A DNA stretch of 63,480 nucleotides, counting the filler, from Reticulomyxa filosa (Eukaryota > Protista > Foraminifera): NCBI GenBank assembly GCA_000512085.1. It is 14 parts of 14 records of this genome, joined end to end, with 100 filler letters (N's around TTAATTAATTAA, not from the genome) between each part and the next. Parts side by side here need not be neighbours in the genome. Positions count along the whole stretch, not along the records: positions 33,807 to 47,613 come from ASPP01015711.1; positions 47,714 to 48,970 come from ASPP01024163.1; positions 49,071 to 50,214 come from ASPP01004134.1; positions 50,315 to 51,566 come from ASPP01027359.1; positions 51,667 to 57,528 come from ASPP01010945.1; 9 more parts are not named here. One strand, 5' to 3'. The notes under the pieces are model-generated. The model made no database searches. It was not told the origin of the DNA and saw only the letters and a list, made by a program, of their open reading frames with translations. Below are positions 39,731 to 52,677 of the stretch, one piece after another. Position numbers and translations under genes: made by a program. The number at the start of each line of letters is the position of its first letter. Position 1 is the first letter of the stretch.

Positions 39731-42113
39731 TCAAGAAAGTAAGGCTTCACACGCTTGGAATTCTTCTGTTATAGAAAACCGTATAAACGGTTCATTCATC
39801 AAAAGTCGATTTGTAGTAATACAATCATCAAAGAGCAAAAATAAGTCCAGTTCAGAGCAAACAGGTTTTCCGATAACACTGACTCTTTTGGAATCTTTGT
39901 AGGTATTTGATAACCATTCAATCAAATTTTGCATTAACACTTGAAATTGTAAACGCTCTCCACTACTGATGTTCAGCTCAAACCTTTATTTCACAACCAA
40001 TAAACAAAAGCGTTGAAAATTGAGGAACAAGCAGGCTTTTGTCTCTCTCTGTTTTAGTGTTTGCACAATTATAGACATGTTCATAACTCGCTCCCAGTTT
40101 TGATGTACTTGTGAAACAATCGAAATGCAACAAGTTTGTATTGAAAAAGATGCTTATTTGTGGAATCAAGTGTAATTTGTGTGTTATTGGACAGAATTTC
40201 CGACAATTTCCTTTCGCTCCATCCATCTTTATCAAATACGATCATGGATTGAGGAAGATTGGACGGCAACGTGACGTTATATTTTTCCAATCGAGTTTTC
40301 CATACATTATTATCCATAATCTTATCTTTGTCACTTGCATAGCTTCGTCGTACTTCTTGCTGAAATTGGTCCATTTCGATTACTGACAACAATAGTTCTG
40401 TTTTTTTTTTTTTTTAAAGAAAAAATTGATAAAAAGCAAAGCAACGAGCCTCCCTTTTAAAAAAAAAGTCTTGCACTAATGCCTCCGTGGGTAAGTGTCT
40501 ATAAAAAGAATACGTAGATACGGACCCATACTAAATTCCTTGCTCAAATGCTTCATGAAAATATCAATAGTTTGTGGATTACTGATAATATCTCGAAATC
40601 TGATTTTTTTGTCATCAGGATGTGAAATACTTCTGGACAAAGTCGTCATCTTTTTTACCGCGGACTGTTGTTTTTCTTTACGTGGTGACACACTGCCATC
40701 ATTGGATCGATCAAATGTATTGCTTTGCACGGAGACGACAGAGGCAGCATGAGGAGTGTGTGTCTTTCGTTTGTGACGCTTTGTGTTGTCATCTGGAAAA
40801 GACTCTACAATGTTTTTTTCAAGATGTGGAGACACGATAGTTTTTTTTACAACAAAGCGAACGCATTGCTGCCACAAGTAATGATGGACTGTCGTGAGTT
40901 TCTCGAGTTCCTCCAATGGTGTGTTTCTTTCAAGATGCCAACGAGACTGATAATATAGCCCCAGCATTGACACTGGGTCAAGAAGGAAAGCGGCAATCAC
41001 CAAACGATAGAATGGATTTTGCAACACAAGTATCGCAAACCCAGATAACACCGTGTACAAAGTCGGTAACAAAAACGTAGCTATTCCCGCACGCCACAGC
41101 ATTTCACGAAAGCTAAAGCCATCTTGGATCACCAAAACCATATTACGTAATTTGTACGAAAGCACCATAGTAAGTAACGCAACAGCTTTTTTTTTTTTTT
41201 TTTTTTTTTTTGTTTATCCGATTCATTTTTTTTTTTTTTTAAAATATATCCACAAAAGAGAGAGAGGGGGACGAAAACAAACAAACAAAACAAAAAAATT
41301 TAAATAACTCCATCCAAATAAAGTTTCTGCGATGACAAAGAGCATATATGCAGATGCGTCTGTCAAACGACTGTGAATAATGTCCCACATATATACACGT
41401 TTTTTTTTGGAGAATAAGCTTTTATTTAAAAGAAATTATCCTTTTTTTTTTTTTTAACGAAACTAATATTCGTATAAAAAGTAACGAATAAACCCGACGA
41501 TACAGCTTGCAATAATCCATCGGGCGCCCAAATAGTCAGCAGTACCTTTATTTGGTTTTGATGTACATCACATTCGTAGAGTCGAAGGGAAAGAAAAAAA
41601 CTAACTAAGTTGATAAGAAAAGAAGTGAACGTTTTTGTTTTTTTTTTTGTAACCAAATCTGCTTTTTTGTTTGATGAAAAAATTATTCATTGACGGGTTA
41701 TTCAAAGGGTCAATCATCCCTTTCCAAGTGGTTTGGAACGCGATGTCGATGTAACATATGTTGAAATAGCCAAGCCAGGAACGAAACAGAAAACCCATCA
41801 GTATTACAGTCGCTGATACAAAGTACAATAGGTTCGAAGCTTGGTCCAACATCAACCAAATTGCACTTGCCTCTGTGATTGTATTCGTCTTTATTAGCGC
41901 TGCGTTCGTTAAATCGATCACTCTTTGAAAAAAATAACCGACCGCACAAGCGTTTGTCAATACTCCAACCCAACCATATGATTTTTGGAACCATCTCCTC
42001 GTTTTAAATGTGATCAACTGTCGGCAATATAGAAAACACAAATATGCAAAGTATACGTCCACGCTGCAAGCCGCTACACAAACGGCCCAGGTAGCACTAT
42101 TAGGAAGGGCCAT
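39731..42113 (-). CDS. Multi-pass membrane (7TM-like) protein with C-terminal RGS domain, multi-exon
   Basis: N-terminal exons encode several hydrophobic helices. C-terminal RGS motifs: FRDIISNPQTIDIFMKHLSKEFSMELLL, AFRLFHKYIKTGSEFELNISS, LFDDCITTNRLLMNEPFIRF. Confidence 0.85.
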
Positions 42114-42829
42114 CAGTGAACGTGATACGAATCGAATATAAACAACGTGATTACAAATCGAAAGCACAGGTCTATTAGTCCTGCAACGCTAGATTGTTCT
42201 TTAGACCCCTCAATTTTTTTTTAACTGAGGAAGTTGTTCGTTTGAAAGTGTCTAGATCCATTTTTTTTTACTCTTTTAAAAATTTTTTGTGCTAAACAAA
42301 GCAACAGTAAAGTTGAATACATTCATTACGAACTCATCGTTTTATAAATAATTTTTTAAAGAAATAACCAGTAGCCATGCAATGCCATAAATGGGGAAAC
42401 AATATACACTGAAAAGAAAAACGAGAAAGCAACAAGGCTAGAGCTAATGGACTATCCTATAGACGAACAATTCCGGAACCAAAGAAAGTTCCATAATGAA
42501 ACCAATAAAGCTTCGGAAATATGCAAAAACGACTATATTTAAAACAAATTGACTGATTATGCATTTTACTTCTCCATTAGCAGTCCATAATGTTTTTTTC
42601 GAGTCCAAATAATAAATATATTAGGAAGAACATTTAGAAAAAAAAGGAGAGTTGACGAAATTGTCACTGACAGTATGTATTAAGGACAATGCTTATTCCC
42701 GTCTTTAAATGTAATAACGGGGAGGAAAAAAAAAACCAAAAGTAAAAAAGACATTCGTAAAAAGCCAACCTTCAAACAAACACCACCAATTGTTTTTGTG
42801 ATAATTTTGTTTGCACAATGTGGCGCGAG

Positions 42830-43870
42830 TTACATATTGATAGGACGGGACGAATCGTCAAGGGAGCGGATCCGATTGTATTTATTGCGATTATGTCTAG
42901 GACTGTCACTAGATTTGCGATCAGAACAAAGGCACTTGTAAAGTCTGTACTGGTAAACAACTCCACAGATGAACAGTGCAAACCACGCTCCCAACGAAAC
43001 CATACATTCGTAGTTGTGCATCACCGTGTTTTTGTTAAAAAAATTGTGAAAATCGAACACATTGGTGAGCTTTGTTTCACAATATATTTCTGTCGTCCCC
43101 CCCCCCCAATTACAAGCATAATTACAAATAATATAAATATTTATGTTAATAATAAATTATACTTATATAAAAATGTGTAAAACGTAAATAACCATGACGA
43201 AAAAGATGCTCCACTGACGACCATGAAAGACCCAGCAAATGCGGTTAACGCTTTCATGACAAATTCTTCCAATTTAAAGGCAAGCAATCCAAAACCAAGG
43301 CCCGACACCAAAACAAAACCCAAATCGTAATACGAATTGTTTGGACTTGGAGCAAGCATCGAGTTAAACGTATGCCAGATAAGTTGTCCAAATATCACTC
43401 CGGATATCACTCCAGTAACAAATATTGCCGATGTGTATACGTACCAACTGATCCCACCTGTCACAATTCCTATTCCACAACTAATTATTAGGTGTAAATG
43501 CTGTGATGAAGACGCCTCGTTGAAACTATGTGTATTGGAGTGAATGTAAATGTGGATGTGTTTTTTTTTTTTTTTTTTTTTGGGTGATAAACAAAACGAA
43601 GATGGAAGACACATTTTGTTGCTTGTTCATTTGCGTGATTGCATTTTGCATTTTGTATTTTATTTTTTTTTCCCTTTTAAAAACAAAAAAAAAACTTGCG
43701 TTAAACTTGTTCAGACAAAGATACGCAAACAATGCTCCAACTAGGAAACCAATGATAAAAATCACCTTTCTCACCAAGTTCGCGCCTACGAAACACAAAA
43801 TCATACCTGCCACAATCAGTATCAGTGCTACCACTATTTCATTTATCGAGTTCACTGTTTTCCATGCTTC
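42830..43870 (-). CDS. TMEM198/TM7SF3-like (DUF4203) membrane protein, multi-exon; start not resolved
   Basis: ILIVAGMILCFVGANLVRKVIFIIGFLVG...CGIGIVTGG...VTGVISG...LTAFAGSFMVV...LGAWFALFICGVVYQYR matches the Gly-rich TM pattern of the family. Confidence 0.75.
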
Positions 43871-44243
43871 ATTCTGTTTATTTTGTTTCGTTTGAAAGTA
43901 ACACTCAAAAATTTGGAGGACAAAGACCACACATTGCACTATTTATCCTCTTCAAATATAAAAAATGCAAAAACAAACTGCGACTGTCATCCTTCAAATA
44001 AATTGGGCCACAATGTGAAGACCTTTAGTTGTGGGAGACTAGACAAAAAAAAAAGGAACGAGCACAAAAAAAAAGACACTTCTCACTGCTCAATAAACAG
44101 TACTAGAAGTGTCATTCATGCCAAACGCATGCAATAATAAGTGAATAATACTCTCACAAAAAAAAACCCAGAAATTTTTTTTCCTCCCCCCCCCTTGTCT
44201 CCCTCCAATCCGTGGGTTTGCATAATCTTTTTGTTTTGCAAGA

Positions 44244-44772
44244 ATGCAGTCATCAAGGTCCTCAGGACGTCTTCCAGGAACAAATGAGTATAAGCATCCC
44301 AAAGTTCTGACGCTTGCTTTGAGGGAGGGTGGGATGTTGAAAAAAAGAAGGGTGGAAACTCACAGCAACAACAACAAAAAAAAAAAACGTGAAATGAATA
44401 GTAGATATCGGATGGAACAAAGCGAGTGCCAGATGGGATGTCGGGTTATGTGTATCCACCCCCGGAGCAATCGAAGATAGGAAGCATAGATTTCGTAGAA
44501 AAGAAAGAGCGGCCACAGTTTGTGAGTCGATTGATAACAGAGAAAGACAACATGGGCGAGACACACACATACCTGCCCATCGGTCGAAAAAACCCCGATC
44601 ACTTGTTTACCTTCCAAGGAATGCTTGGAATCCTTCGAAACAGAGATCCCTTGGGAAAGCTGATTTCTATAGGCATGGATTTGACACAATTGGGCGGATT
44701 AGATTTGCAATGTCCCGAGTTTTGATTCAAACAAAACAAAATCAATCTACCAACAACAATAATAACAATAAC

Positions 44773-44838
<66 letters not shown>

Positions 44839-46124
44839 TGATAATGGTAATAACAGATTACTTTTTTTAAAACAAACAAACAAATAAAAATAAAAAAATA
44901 AAAAAAAATAAAAAAAAAAAGACCGCAATTATTTCTTCGTTATATAAGCCCATGGGCAGACACAGAGCATATGCGCAGTGCCGAGAAGAGCATTCAGGAC
45001 AAACTGCCGTCAAGTTACAAAAGCATCCCTAAAAAAAGTGACTTGTTCATGAATCCCCAAAATCAACACTTTATGCAAAAGTTCCATCTCGAGACTCTAT
45101 TTTATATTTTTTATGCAATGCCTAATGATTACGCGCAACTTTTTGCCGCCGATGCCTTGTTAGGGATATGTGTGTTTGTCGTTATCTTTGAAAAAAAAAA
45201 AAAATAATAATAATAAATAAAAGATATCAACGTGATTGGGCTTATCATTGGCAAATGCAAGTTTGGGTGATTCAAAAAGCAATAGAATTTGATTTGAATG
45301 ACAATTCTCCAAAAGCATTGGAGCTACAATACTTTGACATATCCACATGGTCCATTCGATCGTTTTTTGCAGATTATGGACACTTGTCATTGGAACAAGA
45401 AAGAGAGCATATTTTGGAACGGCACAAATGGGAGAGTCTATTCAAGAAATACAAACATATTGAAAACACCCATCTGCGTGGCGGTGATGATGACCATCGA
45501 AATGATCCAGACCTCCCTCATGCCGTTGACATCCCTGCCACTGCCAATGTTGACAAAGGCACTGGTGCTGTCGCCAATTCAACTACCACGATGGCTGGTA
45601 CAGCAACGACAACAACGGCAGCAACTGCTTCTTCTTCCTCTTCTTCTTCTTCTTCTTCGACTTCTATGTCTACTGGTTCTGTAGACAATGGGTTGGAAAG
45701 TCGAGGTGTTGGTCGATATTCTCAACCACATAACTGGTACTACTCCCACGGGAAAGGGGCCGCACAGATTAAACATGCCGATTATGTCAGGGACGAAGTC
45801 AACCAAACCAATACAAATAACCCCAATCCTTTGTGGTTCTCTGTTTTTTCTGAATCATCCAAATCGCTGCCACAAAAAGTCAGACCCTGCTGGAGAAAAT
45901 CCTCTTTTGGCAAAAATTCAGACTACAAAGACAGGGATGATCCCAATCGCACCTTTAGCAAAGACAAAGATAAACACGACTATCGAAATCATGTCAATGT
46001 CAATCACAATAATAATAATAATAACAATAATAATAACAATAACAATAACAATAACAATAATAATAATACCATTTATGGAGTTTTGAGTGCTACTGATGAA
46101 AAACATGAACATGATCAAAAGTAA
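44244..46124 (+). CDS. CNOT2: CCR4-NOT subunit NOT2 with low-complexity C-terminal extension, multi-exon
   Basis: FQGMLGILR...ISIGMDLTQLG, SPW, LPSSY and NOT-box KFHLETLFYIFYAMPNDYAQLFAADALYQRDWAYH...YFDISTW; followed by Thr/Ser and poly-Asn tracts. Confidence 0.88.
44757..44838. repeat. (AAT)n microsatellite in a CNOT2 intron
   Basis: More than 20 tandem AAT units visible directly. Confidence 0.95.
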
Positions 46125-46631
46125 CCTGCTCGCTTCGAATGAACGTTTCTTTTCTCCCCTTTTTTTTATTCATCCCAAAAATAAACACACAACAAGTTGA
46201 TTATCATTATTTTTACACATTTTTTTTAATGATATCAACAAGCAACACAATTTTGTCCAATGTTCGAATATTTTCCATCAACTATGAATTATCTTGGATG
46301 TTCCTTTGCAAAGTTATTTTTTTTATAATAACAATGCCGCTTGGATAAAAAGCAGAAATTAAACATTTAGAGTTGTTTATAGTGAATGCATGACTATTAA
46401 AAAATTGTTTTGGATTGTCTTTTGCCCTAAAAAAAGTGAGCTTCATACAAATGATGTCAAACCAGAAACAGTTTTCAAGAAAAAATTTTTAAAAAGAGGG
46501 ATATGTTCCAAATCTAGCACACAGAAAGTTTTTCTTGGGGTGTGCTGTTGGACTCGTAAACTAAGAAGAAATGGGAAAATCATTAAAGCATCGTGCTAAC
46601 CCAAGATTATTAAAAGAAGCATACGTTAACA

Positions 46632-47576
46632 TGGCCATGTTGAGTTGTGTGCTTTGGCGTCTCGTCGTAGCAATAGTATGTTTTTCGTGAAAAAAAAAAA
46701 AAAAGCGTCAAATATAACCAATATAATTTTTTGGTGTGTACTTAATTAATTAATTTTTTTTTTTCCTTTGAGCATTTTTCAAATCGTTTGCGATAACTTG
46801 GAACAGTTTGGACGTTTGGCATTGTCAGTGCCAAGTCGACCAAAGAGTGTGACGAACGAAACGAGTTGGGAGAAGACTGAAAATCTGTCCCCACGTGTGG
46901 GACGAACTGAAAACAAAAGTTGTACTGTCAGTGAGACAGAGATAGGAACAATTGAGCCCAATAAGGACAAAGTACGAAATGAAATAAAAGCAAATAAAAG
47001 CAACGGGTCGTCGTGGCAGGCAATTGAAACAATGTATCAACAGCTTCCATTGCATGTTCAGTGTTTGTTATCGCCGCCTACATGTCTCGGAGTTTTTTGT
47101 TTAGGTATTGAATACATTAACATTTAAGAAACAGTATATACATATATATATATATGTATATATATATATAATATTGTGTGAGTCTAATTCGTGATTTGCA
47201 CTTGTGCAAATGATTGAAAAGGTGCAATCCGAGTGTTAATGTCAATGTGGGAACACGTGTGCCAATTGTACTATCCGCCTTTTTACACCTACTTATTGGC
47301 AACCATATGCTCCCACGCATTGGAATGGCAATGGTATTCTAAGAAATGGTTTGGACACGAATGGGCTCGATTGACATTCCCCAAAAAGTTTTATATGAAA
47401 GGAGTCCCTCTGCATTATTTGAATGATGTCAAGCCGCATCTCATTGCATTTGGATTAAACATTATGTGCACTCTTTTGATCGGACAACTGTTGGCCTGGA
47501 CTTATTTCGGTCCACTTGTTCACTTGCATTCGCAACATTTCTTCTCCACTGGCAATCCAAGACATTCAAGCAAGTT
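46632..47576 (+). CDS. Membrane protein with DUF1761-like segment, multi-exon, truncated by gap
   Basis: Exons at about 46632-46676, 46773-47104 and 47222-47573. YLLATICSHALEWQWYSKKWFGHEWARL resembles the W-Y-x3/4-F-G-x2-W signature of DUF1761; a hydrophobic helix follows. Confidence 0.5.
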
Positions 47577-47613
<37 letters not shown>

Positions 47614-48671
47614 NNNNNNNNNNNNNNNNNNNNNNNNNNNNNNNNNNNNNNNNNNNNTTAATTAATTAANNNNNNNNNNNNNNNNNNNNNNNNNNNNNNN
47701 NNNNNNNNNNNNNAAGAAAGACATTGGTATAAAATATTATTTAATTGAATGACAGGTATTGTTTATTATAAATTAATTTCAGATTTAGTATTTCGTAAAA
47801 GTAAAACGACAAATACATGACATAAAGAGATTTTCAATTTGCAATAAACACTGAAAAGGGATAGAGTTTTATCACGTCAATGTTGCAAGTGGAAGAATGC
47901 CAAACAATAAAAGTAAAAGGCTTAAAAACTTTGTCATTAGTTTAGATGATAAAATTTTCTTTGCAATGAGTTGTGTAATCATCTAAAAAAATATTAATAC
48001 ATCAAATAAAAAAAACTCAATCATTTTTTATTTTACATCAAAGAAAGCATTAAGCAAAAAAACAAAAAAGTTGAAAATGATAACTAATTGAAAACATTCA
48101 CTGGACACACAAATTGTAATACTGTTGAATATTCAATTTTGTACACGTCAATATTTATTATTATGTTGTAAAGCAACTTTACCATTAATATTACAACAAA
48201 AAATTTTTTTTGGATCACTTGTTTATAAAATATACACAAACAAACAAAATTGATCAACTGTTATTCTATGTGGTATTGAAAAGTGTTTGGCATGTTTCAA
48301 GAGAGTCAATGAAAACGTGAAATAAAAAGTGAAAATGAACAAAAAGAAGAAAAAAGATATCATAAAAAAAATGAATGAAGTGATTAACAAGAAATTATCG
48401 TAGTTTCAATGAATATCGATTCTTACCTTCCTGATGCGTCGTCTAATATTTCAAAAAAAAAAAGATATATGTCATGAATTACTACATGTTCGATTATACA
48501 AAAAACATAACAATTGAAATATTTTGCAATTTATTTTGATATTTGGATATAATTTCATTAATTATGTTTTTCAATTCTTTATACAACATTGAATGCAACT
48601 TTTTCGATTTTTTAACAACCAAGTAAAAAAAAAACATCCTTCAATGCTTGCATTCAATAAAATCAAACTTT

Positions 48672-48970
48672 TCAAACAAAAATACTTTCATTTCTTAATC
48701 GACAAAACAGTAAATTATCCCCAAAACGAATGGGACCTCGTGAACAATAACACAAATTCAAATCATATGTAACATTCTTTGTCTTCTCTTTCTTTTTCAA
48801 TCTAATAAATTTAAGACAATATATTCCGCAATCTTCTTTCTCATCTCCTTTGATCATATACAATTCATTCTTATTTGATCGAATATCCCAAAATCGAATT
48901 GTATTATCACTTGATCCAGAACATATCACATTCGAATTACCAATATTATTCTTTATTACAAATGATGAAT
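48672..48970 (-). CDS. WD40-repeat protein C-terminus (expanded Reticulomyxa-type family), possibly pseudogenic
   Basis: NVICSGSSDNTIRFWDIRSNKNELYMIKGDEKEDCGIYCLKF...NLCYCSRGPIRF. A second degraded WD40 remnant (LKTFTGHTN) lies at about 48088-48140 on the + strand. Confidence 0.8.
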
Positions 48971-51859
48971 NNNNNNNNNNNNNNNNNNNNNNNNNNNNNN
49001 NNNNNNNNNNNNNNTTAATTAATTAANNNNNNNNNNNNNNNNNNNNNNNNNNNNNNNNNNNNNNNNNNNNAAGTAAAAACAACTTGCAAGTGCTTGGATA
49101 TCACTACTCGTCATCGTCGTTATACTAGCAGATACGCAATTTTGATGAATGTGCAAAATATTTTATATGGAGATTATCATCCTTCCAATAATATTACACA
49201 GTCTCGACGAGATGACTCTAACAAACTTGAAGAGGAATAGATAAGTGATAAACAATGGTATAAAATGATGGACAGAGTCAACATGCTACATTTATTGCTT
49301 CCTTTTCTTAGCATTACCAATCGATCTCCTCGTGGTTTTCAAGCTTCAAAAAATAAACCACAGAAACTATGTAATTGGAGCAAAGTCCTCATTGTAGGTG
49401 AACAGCAGAAATTAGCCATTGGTTTGATTTTTTGTATCATCTTCTTCTGTTCCTCACAAAAACAAGTCGAGTAATGTTTGGCTTTGTTGATTGCCATCTT
49501 TTCAATATTATTAGCATGGCATTAGCCAAAGTTGTCCTCCTTGGATGAATAGCACGAAAATGTGATCTACGAACAACTATCAAAAAATAATATTACCTTC
49601 ATTAGCATTGGTCATGGACAGTCCTTATTGAAATATCATCATCGTGTTCTATATATTTCTGGAGATGGAAACTGGGAGTTATTATCTCGACAATAATACA
49701 TTGAAATGCTTGTTTGTGTTCTGAAAAATAAATCAAATGGGTAAAAAGTAAATCCACACAATTGAGGAAGTGCATCAAGCAAAGTAATACGAGTATGAAA
49801 AAAATTTAATCAAGTACAGATTGCTATTGATGATTGTATTTTTGTTTGTTTTTTGATTCGTAAAAAAAAATAATGATAATAATTTTTTGTGAACACATTC
49901 ACCAAATTATTGCACTGACATTGTCTTAGTGTAGTTTAAATGAAATATCTTTATGAATACAAAATCATTTTCAACCATTGATTTTAACTTTGAGTTTGTT
50001 AACTACTTTTTTTTATTTTTGAATGCAAAAAAAAATTGCTGAGTTTAACACTCTTTAGAAAAAAAGACAAAAAATTACAATAAGCAAAAAATATTTGTGG
50101 ATGTTGATAAGATGATATTATAATGATTGGAATTTTCTTTTTTTTTCAAATAAGATAAATTAAAAAATAAAATTAAAACAAAACAGTTAGTGCGAATTGC
50201 ACAAAAAATAAATANNNNNNNNNNNNNNNNNNNNNNNNNNNNNNNNNNNNNNNNNNNNTTAATTAATTAANNNNNNNNNNNNNNNNNNNNNNNNNNNNNN
50301 NNNNNNNNNNNNNNGGTCCTGTGCATGAGCACATTCGCAACAACGCGCATAAGCTGGAGGGTGATGGAGGAGATCGAGCAACGAATCACCCAAGAAAAAG
50401 AAAAAAAGAATGTTATCCACACATCACTAAATCGCAATCGAAGAATTGATGTACTGAAAATACCCGCTCAAGGTTTGTCTATCATCACAAGGTAGAATTT
50501 TTTTAACTACGAAGTCCATCACTCTCGGGAACAGTTAACAAGATTTTTTCATATCATCCCGGAAAATCGGATCTTGGTGCGTCAGACAACGAAGAAACGA
50601 GAAAAAAAAAAAGAGTGGTGATACGCGCAAAGTAGAAAAGACGTTGTCGCAACGGCAGCAGAGAAAAGTTGAAAGCGGTGAAGAAAAGAACATGGAGTTT
50701 GTAAAGAAACACTTACTCATCAAATCGCGAAAACCACTACATTGGGAGAACATTCGATATGAGAGTGGTTCAGTTTGGATGGAGGAGTTGTGCGAAACTC
50801 CGTCAAATATTAGCAAGCAAGAAGATGAACATGAAATAGGACGATAAGATAAGAATTATCATATCACGTCGGACCTGTTAAAAAAAAAAAAAAAAAAGAA
50901 ACAAACTCGTTTGCCAGATTTACATAGTGTGGCTATGTATGGCTCTTCACGCCCGCGAGTGAAGATTTTGTGTTTCCAGACTTTACACAGAATGTGCCAA
51001 TTAAAGATAACGCATAAGTTGTGGAGATGTCTTACCGTGGTAAACTGGGCAGTTGGAAAGAACTTAGCTATCTATATAGGTGAACACAAGTCTCTGGTGC
51101 TGTGCTACGTCAACAATTAACCTCAAAAAAGGACATCGAACTGCAATTTACAGGTTCCAACGAACAATGGAAACTTGGTTGTAATGGAAATGGCGCTAAC
51201 TACGTATGTCAAAACTAGTGCACTCGACTCTTGCAGTGATAATCTCTGGGATCGACTAAATGAACTAAAGACGGCGTGTTGGATGCGATGCAATACTTTG
51301 TATTGGTTGCATTATCCCAGTACTTGGAGGACAGTGAAGTGCAAGGTCTCAACTTGAGTTGTATTCGAATCGACGTGGTTTTAAATTACGAATGGCATGG
51401 TGACTTTGGCGTACTCAAAAATCGCTGAGCCATAGTGTCAAGAACGAATACGTCCAATCATGGGAGAAAAGAAAATGCTAATGGTATCATCACTCGTTGA
51501 ATTACCAATCCAAACATTATCAAATGGATGCATTGTGATGGATGCAGAAATTTCTAATATTGACTANNNNNNNNNNNNNNNNNNNNNNNNNNNNNNNNNN
51601 NNNNNNNNNNTTAATTAATTAANNNNNNNNNNNNNNNNNNNNNNNNNNNNNNNNNNNNNNNNNNNNTTTGACAAGTATTTGGATGTAGGGGTTCAAGAAA
51701 TATTACAGTTACAAGCCAAATATTTACACAAAACTCATTTTATTACACAGCCGTTTTTGTAATTTTTTTAAAAAAAGGGAAGCAAAACGAAAATTAGGGT
51801 AAATTGCGCTTTTGAAAAGTTTCCTTCAGCAAGCGTATACGTTACTAATAATTTATAAA

Positions 51860-52207
51860 ATGGGATTTATCGGAAAATTAATTTTGTTTGGCTCTGGAGG
51901 TTTGTTTTTTTTTTCAAAATACATAAATCAAAACAAAAACAAAGTTGGGGTGGAATGTCAGTGGCAACGGGAATTTACTTAGATCAAAAAAAGGTGTGGA
52001 TGCCTCGTATGGATCGATTCATTGAGCGAGCGTCTGAGAGGTAAGACTTGTTTTCAATCCAAGCCTATTTCATTATAGATCCTCTTCTTTTTCGTACACA
52101 GATTTGAACCAGAAGCAAAAGAGATAACTCGTCAGATCTTAACAGCAGTTGGAAGTATCAATTCATCTAAGGACAGCGAAAATGATTCTAGTAAAAAAGG
52201 CAAATAA
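51860..52207 (+). CDS. 81-aa single-TM microprotein, STMP1/DUF4535-like; 3 exons, absent from the ORF track
   Basis: Exons 51860-51903, 51945-52040 and 52102-52207 (GT-AG introns of 41 and 61 nt) splice in frame to MGFIGKLILFGSGGFWGGMSVATGIYLDQKKVWMPRMDRFIERASERFEPEAKEITRQILTAVGSINSSKDSENDSSKKGK*. Confidence 0.65.
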
Positions 52208-52677
52208 CCAAATTGAAGATCTTAATGTTGCAACAATTTTGATCTGAGTCGGGCGTTATGATTGTCAAATTTTGTGATCCAATTTTCTTTGTAAGAAAAT
52301 TGTTTATTGTTCCTTTTTTAGAATTTTAACTGAGCACTTTTCGTCAAAAAATTTTGAAATTAGAAAGCGACTACTTTTGACAGAAACAAACAAGTACCAT
52401 CTATTGCTTTTGTACATTTTCAGGGAAACGAGGAAAGTGAGAAAATACTAGAAAATTCGGGAATTTGAAAATTTTCAAAAAATTTTTGTCCTGGCATAAA
52501 ATGAAGAAGGCTTGCGACAACTTTAAATTTTAAAAGATTAAAAATAATGAAATGATTCAAGTTAAAAAAAAAAGCGAGAAATGATGCAAATCCAAAAGGG
52601 GCCTTTTTGAAGCCCAAAAACATCAATCCCAAAAAAAAGTAAAGACACAATTTGTATGTTAAAAATTAGCAAATCTG

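Noticed and set aside
44599-44928. Poly-Ile ORF
   Set aside because: Translation of an intronic (AAT)n microsatellite.
46742-46753. TTAATTAATTAA without flanking Ns
   Set aside because: Lies within an AT-rich intron and is most simply a chance match to the linker.
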